This document shows, piece after piece, positions 37,279 through 46,241 of a stretch of DNA of 64,000 nt. The notes beneath the pieces are model-generated. The model worked only from the letters and a program-made list of their open reading frames with translations, did no database searches and was not told the origin of the DNA. Both the position numbers and the translations under genes were made by a program. The number at the start of each line of letters is the position of its first letter. Position 1 is the stretch's first letter. Origin of the DNA: an uncultured Fibrobacteria bacterium (lineage in GTDB: Bacteria; Fibrobacterota; Fibrobacteria; UBA11236); contig OY970309.1 in assembly GCA_963716395.1 (NCBI GenBank), positions 1,408,001 to 1,472,000 of the forward strand, written 5' to 3'.

Positions 37279-39216
37279 CTAGTTCCGCAGCAGAAAGTAA
37301 GCCGCCACCGCCGCGACCAGCAGCAGGTAAGCGGCGTATTGCTGTACGCGGCCGCTTTGCAGACGGCGCAACAACAGGGATACGCCTTCGGCCGCCCATC
37401 CCAGGGCGCTCAGCACGCCGATGAAAATGTTTTCGAAGAGCAGCCGCATCAGCCATCCGGCGGCGCGCAGGGGCCACACGAAGACCAGGGCGTAGACATC
37501 GTCGAAATAGAACTTGCGCGTCAGCGGCCCCACCTGGCCCAGACGGGCGCGCCCCGTGATCGCAGCCAGGGATTGGCTTCGCTGCGAGGAGGAAAAGATC
37601 CAGAAGGCGCAGGCGGCCAAGACCAGATTCACGATCACGCCGGGCAAGGCGCGACTCCATTCCATGGGTTCGGGAATGGCGGCCATGCCGGCCACCCAAT
37701 GCAGCAGAAGGGGCCGGCTGCTGAATAACGCGAAGGCCGGGCCGGCCAGGGCCAGCAGGGCGAGCACGGCGATCACCGTGCGGCTTTTTTCCCGCGGGGT
37801 TCCGCCCGCGTGGTGGCCGTCACCCCCGTGCGCATCCCCTTGTGCATAGGCGGCTTCGCGATCATCGCCCGACAGATAGCCGAGCATACGAAACATGTAC
37901 AGGGCCGACAGCGATTCCACGGCCGTGGCTAGGCCGTTGAGCCAGCCGCCGGAAAGATGCAGACCGAAGGCGTGAAGATTCACGGCGCGCAGCGATTCGA
38001 GCACGGCGTCTTCGGTGAAAAAGCCGGCGGAGAAAAAGGGAATGAGCCCGGCGCCGCCGATGCAGCCCACCCAGAAGGCGATGCGCGTCACCGGCATGTG
38101 GCGCAGCGTTCCCCGCAGTTTGCGCACGTCTTGCTCGTGATGGGTGGAGAGGATCACGCTGCCGGCGGCCAGAAACAACAGCGCCTTGAAAAAGGCGTGG
38201 CCGAAGAGATGCAGCATGGCCGATCCCGGTGAGCCGGCGGCCAGGGCGAGAAACATGAGGGCGAGATTGGCCAGGGTGGAGTAGGCCAGGATTTTTTTGA
38301 CGTCGGTTTGCACCAGGGCCAGAAAAGCGCCCACCACCAAGGTGCACAAGGCGCATACTCCGATGAGCACGCGCGCCTCCGGCACTAGGGCGTACAGCCA
38401 GTCGAGGCGCATGAGCAGATACACTCCGGCCGTGACCATGGTGGCGGCGTGGATGAGGGCGCTGACCGGCGTCGGTCCGGCCATGGCGTCGGCCAGCCAC
38501 ACGTGCAGCGGCACCTGGGCCGACTTGGCGAAGGCGCCGCCGAGCAGCAGCAGGGCCGCCATGTGCGCCTGCCATTCATGGCCCGGCAGCAGTTCCAGGC
38601 CATGCGCGTGCAATTCGGAAAGCGACACGGTGCCGAAAGCCCGGTACAGCATGAACACGCCCAAGAGAAAGAACACGTCGCCGATGCGGTTCACGAAAAA
38701 TGCGCGGAAGGCCGCCAGCGGTACGCCGGTTTCGTCCCAGTAATGGCCGATGAGGAGATAGGAACAGAGGCCCACGCCTTCCCATCCGAGAAAAATGAGA
38801 ACGAGATTGTCGGAGAGCACCAGCAGCAGCATGGCGGCCAGAAACAGGTTGAGGCCCGCGAAGAAGCGGGGCTGCTCGCGGTCTTCGCGCATGTAACCGA
38901 TGGAATAGATGGTGATGAGAAAGCTGAAAAACGTGACCAGCAGCACCATGCACATCGCCGCCGAATCCAGACGCAGTTTCAATCCGGCCTGAAAGGCATG
39001 CGTCGACAGCCAGGGGCCCAGGTCGAGCGTCAGCGGCGCCCCGCCGCCCAAGAGGTGCAGCGGCAGCAGGGCCAGCGCCAGGGCGAAAGAAAGTCCCGCG
39101 GCCAAGGTGGCCAGCCCGCCCACGGCGTTGTACGAGAGCGCCCCGCCGAACACCGCCAGAATCAGGGCCGACACGGCGGGAATGGCCGGCAGGCTGAGCA
39201 GGGCCAGGGGATTCAT
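37279..39216 (-). CDS. nuoL: NADH-quinone oxidoreductase subunit L
   Basis: GWEGVGLCSYLLIG, NRIGD, KSAQVPLHVWLADAMAGPTPVSALIHAATMVTAG and HAFFKALLFL. Confidence 0.95.
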   Translation of the reverse strand: MNPLALLSLPAIPAVSALILAVFGGALSYNAVGGLATLAAGLSFALALALLPLHLLGGGAPLTLDLGPWLSTHAFQAGLKLRLDSAAMCMVLLVTFFSFLITIYSIGYMREDREQPRFFAGLNLFLAAMLLLVLSDNLVLIFLGWEGVGLCSYLLIGHYWDETGVPLAAFRAFFVNRIGDVFFLLGVFMLYRAFGTVSLSELHAHGLELLPGHEWQAHMAALLLLGGAFAKSAQVPLHVWLADAMAGPTPVSALIHAATMVTAGVYLLMRLDWLYALVPEARVLIGVCALCTLVVGAFLALVQTDVKKILAYSTLANLALMFLALAAGSPGSAMLHLFGHAFFKALLFLAAGSVILSTHHEQDVRKLRGTLRHMPVTRIAFWVGCIGGAGLIPFFSAGFFTEDAVLESLRAVNLHAFGLHLSGGWLNGLATAVESLSALYMFRMLGYLSGDDREAAYAQGDAHGGDGHHAGGTPREKSRTVIAVLALLALAGPAFALFSSRPLLLHWVAGMAAIPEPMEWSRALPGVIVNLVLAACAFWIFSSSQRSQSLAAITGRARLGQVGPLTRKFYFDDVYALVFVWPLRAAGWLMRLLFENIFIGVLSALGWAAEGVSLLLRRLQSGRVQQYAAYLLLVAAVAAYFLLRN

Positions 39217-39545
39217 GCGTCGCCTTCTTCCGGCCGCTCTCCCAGCCGGGCGATGCGCTCGGGCGTGATATCGTGGTAGTTCTTGAAGAGCACGATGATC
39301 ATGGAAAGGCCCACCGCCGCCTCGACGGCCGCGACGCCGATGGAAAGCATGTAGAGATAGTGGCCGGCTTCCACCGTCGCCCACCGGAAGTAATTGAAGG
39401 AGATTAAGGTGAGGTTGACGCCGTTCAGCATGACCTCGACCGACAGCAGCACGAGAATCAGGCTGCGGCGGCGAAAGACCCCGAAGCTGCCGATCAGCAC
39501 CAGCAAAAGCGCCAGCGTCAGGCAACCCGCCAGGTCAAACCGCAT
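39213..39545 (-). CDS. nuoK: NADH-quinone oxidoreductase subunit K
   Basis: SVEVMLNGVNL and VAAVEAAVGL. Confidence 0.93.
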   Translation of the reverse strand: MRFDLAGCLTLALLLVLIGSFGVFRRRSLILVLLSVEVMLNGVNLTLISFNYFRWATVEAGHYLYMLSIGVAAVEAAVGLSMIIVLFKNYHDITPERIARLGERPEEGDA

Positions 39546-40134
39546 CGTGCGGCGCCTCCGGGTCGGCCGCATGCCCGGCGCGGCGGCGGCTGAAATTGAT
39601 GGCGGCGATGACGCCCACCAGGATCAGAAAACTCATGAGTTCGAAAGAAACCGTGAGCGGGTTGTGCGCGGGGTCTTTAAAGATGAAATCGGAGAGCGAC
39701 GGCAGCGTTCCGAACCCCGTCGCCGGCTGCGGAGTCGTGGCCAAAGCCGAAGCGGCCCGGAAGATGGGGGGAATGAATACGGCCCCGACCAGAATGAGAA
39801 ACACGATTCCGACGGCGGCCAGCCGCAGGCTGGGCGGATTGCCGCGATCGGGATGGTTCATGCTGTCGGGGATTTCCCCGCCGCGCGGGGCCGGATTAAT
39901 CATCATGATGACGAAGGCGAACAACATCATGATGGCGCCGCCGTAGACCAGGATTTGCAGGATGCCCACGAAAGGGGCTTGCATCATGACGTATAAGAGG
40001 GCGGTGGGCAGAAAGGAAAGAATCAGGAACAAGATGGCGCGCACGGGATTTTTGGCCAGCACCACGCCGACCGAGAGTCCAATCAATCCCACCGCAGACA
40101 AGGCGAACAGGATATCGGGAAGTTGGGGCGGCAC
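39535..40134 (-). CDS. nuoJ: NADH-quinone oxidoreductase subunit J
   Basis: KNPV, LQILVYGGAIMMLF.FVIM and FEL.S. Confidence 0.93.
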   Translation of the reverse strand: MPPQLPDILFALSAVGLIGLSVGVVLAKNPVRAILFLILSFLPTALLYVMMQAPFVGILQILVYGGAIMMLFAFVIMMINPAPRGGEIPDSMNHPDRGNPPSLRLAAVGIVFLILVGAVFIPPIFRAASALATTPQPATGFGTLPSLSDFIFKDPAHNPLTVSFELMSFLILVGVIAAINFSRRRAGHAADPEAPHDAV

Positions 40135-40386
40135 TTGGGTCCTTGCCTTGAGGGGCGGGCCGCAGCTTTTCGGAACCGCGTTTTTCGCCCGAATTGGCGG
40201 GTACTATGTAGAAACATCGAGCAGACTTATAAAGGAATCGCGCTACGAAACGGGTCGTAATCCGGTCGCGATGTTTTACCAATGCAACCTAAGCCGGTCT
40301 CAATCCCCTGGGGCGGATGCGGGGCGACGGCAAAAAGAAAAAGCCGCCGCCGGCGGGCGAAATTTCGCATTGAATTCAACGCGCCA

Positions 40387-40854
40387 TCAATTGTTCAGCA
40401 GCTTGTCGCGGTCATAGATGAATTCCTGCCGCGTCTGGTAGACCTTGGGCACCTTGTTGGTCATTTCGATGGCTTCCTTGGGGCAGGCTTCGACGCAATA
40501 GCCGCAATAAATGCATTTGAGCATGTCGATTTCGAACACGCGTGGAATTTTGTCGCGGCCTTCCCAATTGGGCGGCGCGGCTTCGGCCACGATGTTGATG
40601 CAATTGGCCGGGCAGGCCGTGGCGCACATATAGCAGGCCACGCATTTCATGTGGCCCTCGGCGTCTTTGGTCAGGCGGTGTTCGCCCCGGAAGCGTTCGC
40701 TGACCTTGGGTTTTTGTTCGGGGAATTGGATGGTCACGGGCTTGCGCACGAATTCGCGCAGCGAGACCAGCATGCCCTTGAGCAGCATGGGAACGTAAAT
40801 GCGCGTAACCCACGAGAGTTTTCCGGTTTTCACGGCGCCCGCTTCAGCCGACAT
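40387..40854 (-). CDS. nuoI: NADH-quinone oxidoreductase subunit I
   Basis: T.QFPE and RFRG.H.L, plus two 4Fe-4S motifs (CVACYMCATACP, CIYCGYCVEACP). Confidence 0.95.
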   Translation of the reverse strand: MSAEAGAVKTGKLSWVTRIYVPMLLKGMLVSLREFVRKPVTIQFPEQKPKVSERFRGEHRLTKDAEGHMKCVACYMCATACPANCINIVAEAAPPNWEGRDKIPRVFEIDMLKCIYCGYCVEACPKEAIEMTNKVPKVYQTRQEFIYDRDKLLNN

Positions 40855-41914
40855 ACCATCCCCACCATTGCATGCCCAGTGCCGTGATCAAGATATTCGC
40901 CAGGGCCAGGGGAATCAAAGCCGACCAGCCCAAGCGCATCAGCTGATCCCAGCGGAAGCGCGGCATGGTCCAGCGCACCCACATGAAAAAGAAAATCAGC
41001 ACCAACACCTTGGCGATGAATAGCGCAAAACTGACCAGGGCCGCGACGAACCAGGGAAAGGCGTGCAACCAGGTCATCCAGCCCGCGGGCAAGGTCCATC
41101 CGCCGAGAAACAGGGTGACGATCAAGGAGCACATGGTCCACAGCCCGGCATATTCGCCCAGCATGAACCAGGCATAGCGCATGCCCGTGTATTCGGTGTG
41201 ATACCCGCCGACCAATTCCTGTTCGGCTTCGGGCAGATCGAAGGGGGCGCGGTTGGTTTCGGCAAAGGCGGCCACCAGAAAGAGCAGAAAGGTGAGCGGC
41301 TCGAGAAAAATGTTCCAGGCCGGCAGCCAATGGCCCTGCTGCTGCTGGGCGATTTCGGCCAGGTTGAGCGAGCCGGTTTTCATCACCAAGGCCAGCACCG
41401 ACAGACCCAAAACGATTTCATAGCTGATGAGCTGCGCCGAAGAGCGGATGCCGCCGAGCAAACTGTATTGGTTGTTCGAGGCCCAGCCGCCGAAGGCCAG
41501 ACCGTACGACGCCAGCGAAGACACGGCCATTATCACCAGCAGTCCCATTTCCACGTAGGAGACGGCCAGCACGCCGCCCTGGCCAAGCCAGTCGCGGCCC
41601 GGCGCCGCACCCACCGGAATCACGCCGAACGAGATGACGCCCGGCAGAAAGGCCATGACGGGCGCGGCCAGAAAGATGAGGCGATCGGTTTGCAAAGGAA
41701 AGAAATCTTCTTTCCACATCAGTTTGATGGCGTCGGCCAGCGACTGGAAAAGCCCCAGGGGGCCGACGCGGTTGGGGCCGAGGCGGCGCTGGAAACGCGC
41801 CGATACCTTGCGCTCCATCCACACCAGCATGGGAACGGCGGACATTACGATGCCCACCGCCACCAGCATTTTGAGTACGGCGATGACGAGGGGGTTTTGG
41901 ATCATGTTCAACAT
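40844..41914 (-). CDS. nuoH: NADH-quinone oxidoreductase subunit H
   Basis: ERKVSA..Q.R.GPNRVG, ADAIKL..KE, SYEI, AETNRAPFDLPEAE.ELV.GY.TEY and PRFRWDQLM. Confidence 0.96.
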   Translation of the reverse strand: MLNMIQNPLVIAVLKMLVAVGIVMSAVPMLVWMERKVSARFQRRLGPNRVGPLGLFQSLADAIKLMWKEDFFPLQTDRLIFLAAPVMAFLPGVISFGVIPVGAAPGRDWLGQGGVLAVSYVEMGLLVIMAVSSLASYGLAFGGWASNNQYSLLGGIRSSAQLISYEIVLGLSVLALVMKTGSLNLAEIAQQQQGHWLPAWNIFLEPLTFLLFLVAAFAETNRAPFDLPEAEQELVGGYHTEYTGMRYAWFMLGEYAGLWTMCSLIVTLFLGGWTLPAGWMTWLHAFPWFVAALVSFALFIAKVLVLIFFFMWVRWTMPRFRWDQLMRLGWSALIPLALANILITALGMQWWGWYVG

Positions 41915-41915
41915 G

Positions 41916-42317
41916 CTACGGCCTGAAAAATAAGGATTGCAGTTTCCGGTGAGCCTCCTGCATCGCGTTCAGATAGGCGGGCAAGCGCAGATAAATTTCC
42001 TGCGCCTTGGATTCTTTGTAAGTATGGGAAGTTTGATTCCGGTCCTCCAACATGTCCAGCCATAGCTTCTCCTGATCGAGCCAGCCGGCCATATAGGCTT
42101 CGGAAAGCACATCGCGGGGCAAAACGGCTTGCTTCCCCTTGGCGGCAAGTAAGTGCTTCAGGGTTTTCCAGAATATCTCGAAGGTAAACTCGAAGCGCTG
42201 GATGGAGGCGTCCACCATCATACGTTTCGCATCCGTGGGTTCGGCCAAAGCCTCTTCGAAGCGTTGCAAAGCCCGGGTCAGGTTGGCGAAGGAAATTTTC
42301 CACGATTCATTGGCCAT
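41916..42317 (-). CDS. HEPN-domain protein (HI0074-like nucleotidyltransferase substrate-binding family), putative RNase toxin
   Basis: DASIQRFEFTFE.FWK.LK, PRDV...AY..G and W..ML.DRNQTSHTY (RX4HXY). Confidence 0.88.
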   Translation of the reverse strand: MANESWKISFANLTRALQRFEEALAEPTDAKRMMVDASIQRFEFTFEIFWKTLKHLLAAKGKQAVLPRDVLSEAYMAGWLDQEKLWLDMLEDRNQTSHTYKESKAQEIYLRLPAYLNAMQEAHRKLQSLFFRP

Positions 42318-42642
42318 GCGACGATTCCGATGTCAAGACGCCGGGTCGATGAAAAAGCTCCACGTGATCGGTCACAATCGAATCCCGCAATTCGTCATGA
42401 ATTTGCAGCGTGTCGAAGCGCACGCAATCGATGTGCAGCAAGGTGTCGGCCTCTTCGACGAGGTCGAGAACTTGGCGCCAATCCTCCCGCGAGGCGTGCG
42501 GACAGAGGACGGCCAAATCGATGTCGGCCCGCGCGAAATTGTCGCCCCGCGCCCGCGACCCATACAGCCAAACCGCATCGACAAAGGGCAGGGCTTCGAG
42601 GCGGTGCAGAAAAGCGTAATCGGGCAGGCCCGGGATGTTCAC
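42307..42642 (-). CDS. Minimal nucleotidyltransferase (MNT) antitoxin
   Basis: LYGSRARGDNFARADIDLAV (GSX10DXD) plus a third acidic site IDCV; 111 aa. Confidence 0.88.
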   Translation of the reverse strand: MNIPGLPDYAFLHRLEALPFVDAVWLYGSRARGDNFARADIDLAVLCPHASREDWRQVLDLVEEADTLLHIDCVRFDTLQIHDELRDSIVTDHVELFHRPGVLTSESSHGQ

Positions 42643-44099
42643 GCCTTCACTCCGCTTTCCAGTTCGCGCCGCAGCGCGGTCACGATTTCGGTTTCGGGCA
42701 GGCCGTAGGTCACCGGCTCCAGCGCCGGTTCGAAGGTCTGGGTCAAGCCGGTGCGGTTCACGAACGACCCGGATTTTTCGAAAGAGGTCAGGGTCGGCAA
42801 AGCCACCCCCACGTTACCGTAGCGCAGAAGTGAACCGGCCGCGAAGTCGAGCAGCACCACGTTTTGGCAGCGGCCAAGCACGGCCTCGAAGTCGGGCGTC
42901 GGCTGGAAATCGGGAATGTTGTGCACCAGCAGCAGGCAGCCAATGGCTTCTTTTTCGGCCGCCAGCGCGCGCAGCGAAGCCTCGGGGTCTTCGATGCCCA
43001 AGACCTGGCGCAGGCCGGCGCGATTGGGATTTTTGTCGCCGCTGATGGTGAATCCCGGAAAAACCTGGTCCGCAGCGGGTGGATTGGCATAGCCGAAAAT
43101 CCGCAGGGCGGGGAATTCCGCGGCCAGAAAATCCTGGAGCGCGCGCAGGCTTTCGTTGGTGTTCCAGGCCGATAGTAAAGCCGCAGCGCCGGGTGTCGCC
43201 AAGGCTGCCAACGCCGCGCGCCGCGCCTCTTTCCAGGAAGCCTCGCGGCCCTGCACCATGGGCTTCTGCAGCCGGCCTTCGTGCACGTAGTCGAAGGCCA
43301 GCCGGCCGTGATCGCACATCCAGGCTTTGTTTACCGCGTCGTTGCGGCGCGGCAGAATGCGCTTGATCTTGTCTTTGGCGTCGAGATCGACGCGCGTATT
43401 GCAGCCCACCGCGCAGGCGGCGCACACCGAATCGCGCGCATGCAAATGCCAGACGCGGCTTTGAAACAAAAAGTCCGACGACACCAAGGCGCCCACGGGG
43501 CAAATGTCGACGGTATTAAGCGACAGGGGATTGTCGAGGTTCTTGCCCGGGAACAGGGCGATTTCGCTGCGGTCGCCGCGGTAGATGACGCCGAGTTCGG
43601 CGTTGCCGGACACTTCTTCCGTAAAGCGCACGCAGCGCGTGCATACGATACAGCGCGAGCCCCAATACTTGACATGCGGTCCCATGGTGGCTTTCGATTT
43701 ACGGACTTTCTCCTCATGGAAGCGGCCGTGATCGCGGCCGTATTCAAAGCTGTAATCCTGGAGCTTGCATTCGCCCGATTGATCGCATTCGGGGCAGTCG
43801 AGCGGATGGTTGATGAGCAGGAATTCCATCACCGATTTGCGCGCTTCTTCGACGTCTTGGCCGGTGGTCGACACTTCCATGCCTTCGGTCACGGGTTGGG
43901 CGCAAGACACCACCGGCCGGGGAATGCCTTTCACCGACACCATGCAGATGCGGCAATTGCCGGCGATGGTGAGATCCGGGTGGTAGCAATAATGCGGCAC
44001 CTCGATGCCGTTGTGGTGGCAGGCGCGGATCACGGTCCAGTCCGCGGGTACGGAATACTCATTGCCGTCGATTTTGATGTTCACTTCTTTACCGCTCAT
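42639..44099 (-). CDS. nuoG: NADH-quinone oxidoreductase subunit G (short form, 486 aa)
   Basis: PHYCYH...GNCRICMV, NHPLDCPECDQSGECKLQ, CIVCTRCVRF, CPVGAL and CAACAVGC...WMCD.GR. Confidence 0.92.
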   Translation of the reverse strand: MSGKEVNIKIDGNEYSVPADWTVIRACHHNGIEVPHYCYHPDLTIAGNCRICMVSVKGIPRPVVSCAQPVTEGMEVSTTGQDVEEARKSVMEFLLINHPLDCPECDQSGECKLQDYSFEYGRDHGRFHEEKVRKSKATMGPHVKYWGSRCIVCTRCVRFTEEVSGNAELGVIYRGDRSEIALFPGKNLDNPLSLNTVDICPVGALVSSDFLFQSRVWHLHARDSVCAACAVGCNTRVDLDAKDKIKRILPRRNDAVNKAWMCDHGRLAFDYVHEGRLQKPMVQGREASWKEARRAALAALATPGAAALLSAWNTNESLRALQDFLAAEFPALRIFGYANPPAADQVFPGFTISGDKNPNRAGLRQVLGIEDPEASLRALAAEKEAIGCLLLVHNIPDFQPTPDFEAVLGRCQNVVLLDFAAGSLLRYGNVGVALPTLTSFEKSGSFVNRTGLTQTFEPALEPVTYGLPETEIVTALRRELESGVKA

Positions 44100-45514
44100 A
44101 CCCGTCCCATTCCCAAGCCCACGTCCAGCACGTTCGGACCGCCATGCGCCACGGTTTCGCGTTTGGCGGCGGGCGTGATTTCATCGCGCGCCGTGCGTTT
44201 TCGTTCCTCGAAAGCCGGCGCCTGCGCGCGCTGTTCGAATTCGCCGCGAAAGTGTTGCAAATAGCTTTGCATGGGCATGGCGGCGGCATCGGCCAGCACG
44301 CAAATCGTGCGGCCGCGCATATTCTTGGCCACCTCGCCGACCAGGTCGACATCGCCCGCATGCGCATGGCCCGCATGGAATTTATGCGCCAGCTTTTCCA
44401 GCCAGCCCGTGCCTTCGCGGCAAGGCGTGCATTGGCCGCAGCTCTCGTGGTGGTAAAAGCGCATGGTGTTGTACACCGCCGACATGAGATCGACGCCGTC
44501 ATGCAGCACGGTGATGCCGCCCGACCCCAGCATTGAACCGAGCCCGGCCAGGCTTTCATAATCCAGCGTGCATTTTTCCACCATCTCCGGCGTCAGCAGC
44601 GGCGCCGACAAACCGCCGGGAATCACGGCTTTGAGCGTGTGCCCGTCGACCAGTCCGCCGCCCTGCCCTTCGATGAATTCCTTCATGGTGATGCCCAGCG
44701 GCACCTCGTACACGCCGGGCTTTTTCACCGCGCCCGACAAACAGAAAATTTTGAAACCGGGGCTTTTTTCCGTGCCCCATTGCTTGTGCCAGGCCGCGCC
44801 GTTTTTCAAGATGTGGGTGACGTTGGCGATGGTCTCGACATTGTTCACAATGGTGGGGCATTTGAACAGCCCCGAAATGGCGGGAAAGGGCGGCTTGATT
44901 TTCGGGTAACCGCGCCCGCCTTCGATGGAAGACAGCATGCCGGTTTCTTCGCCGCAGATGTAGGCGCCCGCGCCGCGCATGACCACGACCTTGAGTTCGA
45001 AGCCTTGGCCGAACGCGTTGGGGCCGATGAAACCCTTGGCCTTGGCCTCGCGCAAGGCCGCGTCGAGGCGTTCGTAGCCCAGAATGAATTCGCCGCGCAG
45101 GTAGATGAAGGCGTGATGGCTTTGAATCGCCCAGCAGGTGAGAATCACGCCTTCGAGCAGTTGATGCGGATCTTTTTCCAGAATGTGCCGGTCTTTGAAG
45201 GTGCCGGGCTCGCTTTCGTCACCGTTCACCGCGAGGTAAATCGGCTTGCCTGTTCCCTTGGCCAGAAAGCTCCACTTCTTGCCCGTGGGAAAGCCCGCAC
45301 CGCCGCGGCCGCGCAAGCCGGATTCCATCACGATTTGGACCAGCGAGGCGGGATCGGCCGACCCAACCAAGTTTCGGGCGGTTTCATAGCCGCCGCGCGC
45401 AAGATAATGTTCGAGGGTATGCGATCCGGCTTCGTGGATGTATTTCAGAATAACCGGCGCAAACGGAACCACGGGTTTGGGCGCGGCTGTAGAGGGCGCG
45501 GGGGTATCAGCCAT
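44096..45514 (-). CDS. nuoF: NADH-quinone oxidoreductase subunit F
   Basis: GLRGRGGAGFPTG.KW, NGDESEPG, GAGAYICGEET and ESCGQCTPCREG. Confidence 0.97.
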   Translation of the reverse strand: MADTPAPSTAAPKPVVPFAPVILKYIHEAGSHTLEHYLARGGYETARNLVGSADPASLVQIVMESGLRGRGGAGFPTGKKWSFLAKGTGKPIYLAVNGDESEPGTFKDRHILEKDPHQLLEGVILTCWAIQSHHAFIYLRGEFILGYERLDAALREAKAKGFIGPNAFGQGFELKVVVMRGAGAYICGEETGMLSSIEGGRGYPKIKPPFPAISGLFKCPTIVNNVETIANVTHILKNGAAWHKQWGTEKSPGFKIFCLSGAVKKPGVYEVPLGITMKEFIEGQGGGLVDGHTLKAVIPGGLSAPLLTPEMVEKCTLDYESLAGLGSMLGSGGITVLHDGVDLMSAVYNTMRFYHHESCGQCTPCREGTGWLEKLAHKFHAGHAHAGDVDLVGEVAKNMRGRTICVLADAAAMPMQSYLQHFRGEFEQRAQAPAFEERKRTARDEITPAAKRETVAHGGPNVLDVGLGMGRV

Positions 45515-46241
45515 GATCGGCTCCGTTCAGCGCGCCGTCGGCCACGGGCGCGGTCAGCGGCGTCTTGAGCGGCGGCGGCACCACGGTGGTGGCGGGCGCC
45601 GCACCCGCTTGGAAATACGGATCCTTGTCGTCGAAATGGCGCGCGCCGGTTTGGGTTTCGCCCGCAAAATTGTAATGCGCGGGCAGCACGGGAACGCGCA
45701 AATCCATAGGCGCGGCCGGCGTGCCGCGATAATCCTCCGGGGTCTTGCCTTCCTTTTTCAGCAGGGCGTCGAGATAATCGTCCAACGCTTTTCCCTTCAT
45801 GAAGCAGAAATGCTCGGAGTCTTTTTGCAGCACCGGCGGGCGGTCGCAATCGGCCAGGCATTCCACCTTCTCGCAGGAGAACAGGCCGTCGACCGTGCGT
45901 TCGCCGGGCTTGATTCCCAGCTTGGCCTCGATTTGCCGGAGCGCCGCGCCGGTGTTGCCATCGAGCGCGCACATGAGGGTCGCGCAGACCATGAAACGGT
46001 GCTTGCCATGCGCGGGCCGCTTGAAATGCGTGTAAAAAGTCACCATGCCCAGCACATGCGCCGGGCTTTCGCCGCACAAGTCGGAGGCGATTTCCATGCC
46101 GGCATCGTCGATGCAGCCGAACTCCTCTTCGATCAAACGCAGGGTCATCATCAGCATCGAGCGTTTGTTGGGATAGTCGTCGACCATGTCGTGAAAACGG
46201 CGCAGTCGTTCGGACGACAAAGTTTTCTTGGCAGCAATCAT
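45507..46241 (-). CDS. nuoE: NADH-quinone oxidoreductase subunit E with C-terminal extension
   Basis: TFYT.F, VCATLMC and ECLADC (2Fe-2S ligands). Confidence 0.92.
   Translation of the reverse strand: MIAAKKTLSSERLRRFHDMVDDYPNKRSMLMMTLRLIEEEFGCIDDAGMEIASDLCGESPAHVLGMVTFYTHFKRPAHGKHRFMVCATLMCALDGNTGAALRQIEAKLGIKPGERTVDGLFSCEKVECLADCDRPPVLQKDSEHFCFMKGKALDDYLDALLKKEGKTPEDYRGTPAAPMDLRVPVLPAHYNFAGETQTGARHFDDKDPYFQAGAAPATTVVPPPLKTPLTAPVADGALNGADHG

Noticed and set aside
42639-44099. nuoG as a pseudogene truncated by the TA insertion
   Set aside because: All Fe-S motifs are present and the protein ends after the usual LP...FEK.G.F.N..G segment. Short NuoG forms are plausible and no frameshifted remainder is visible.
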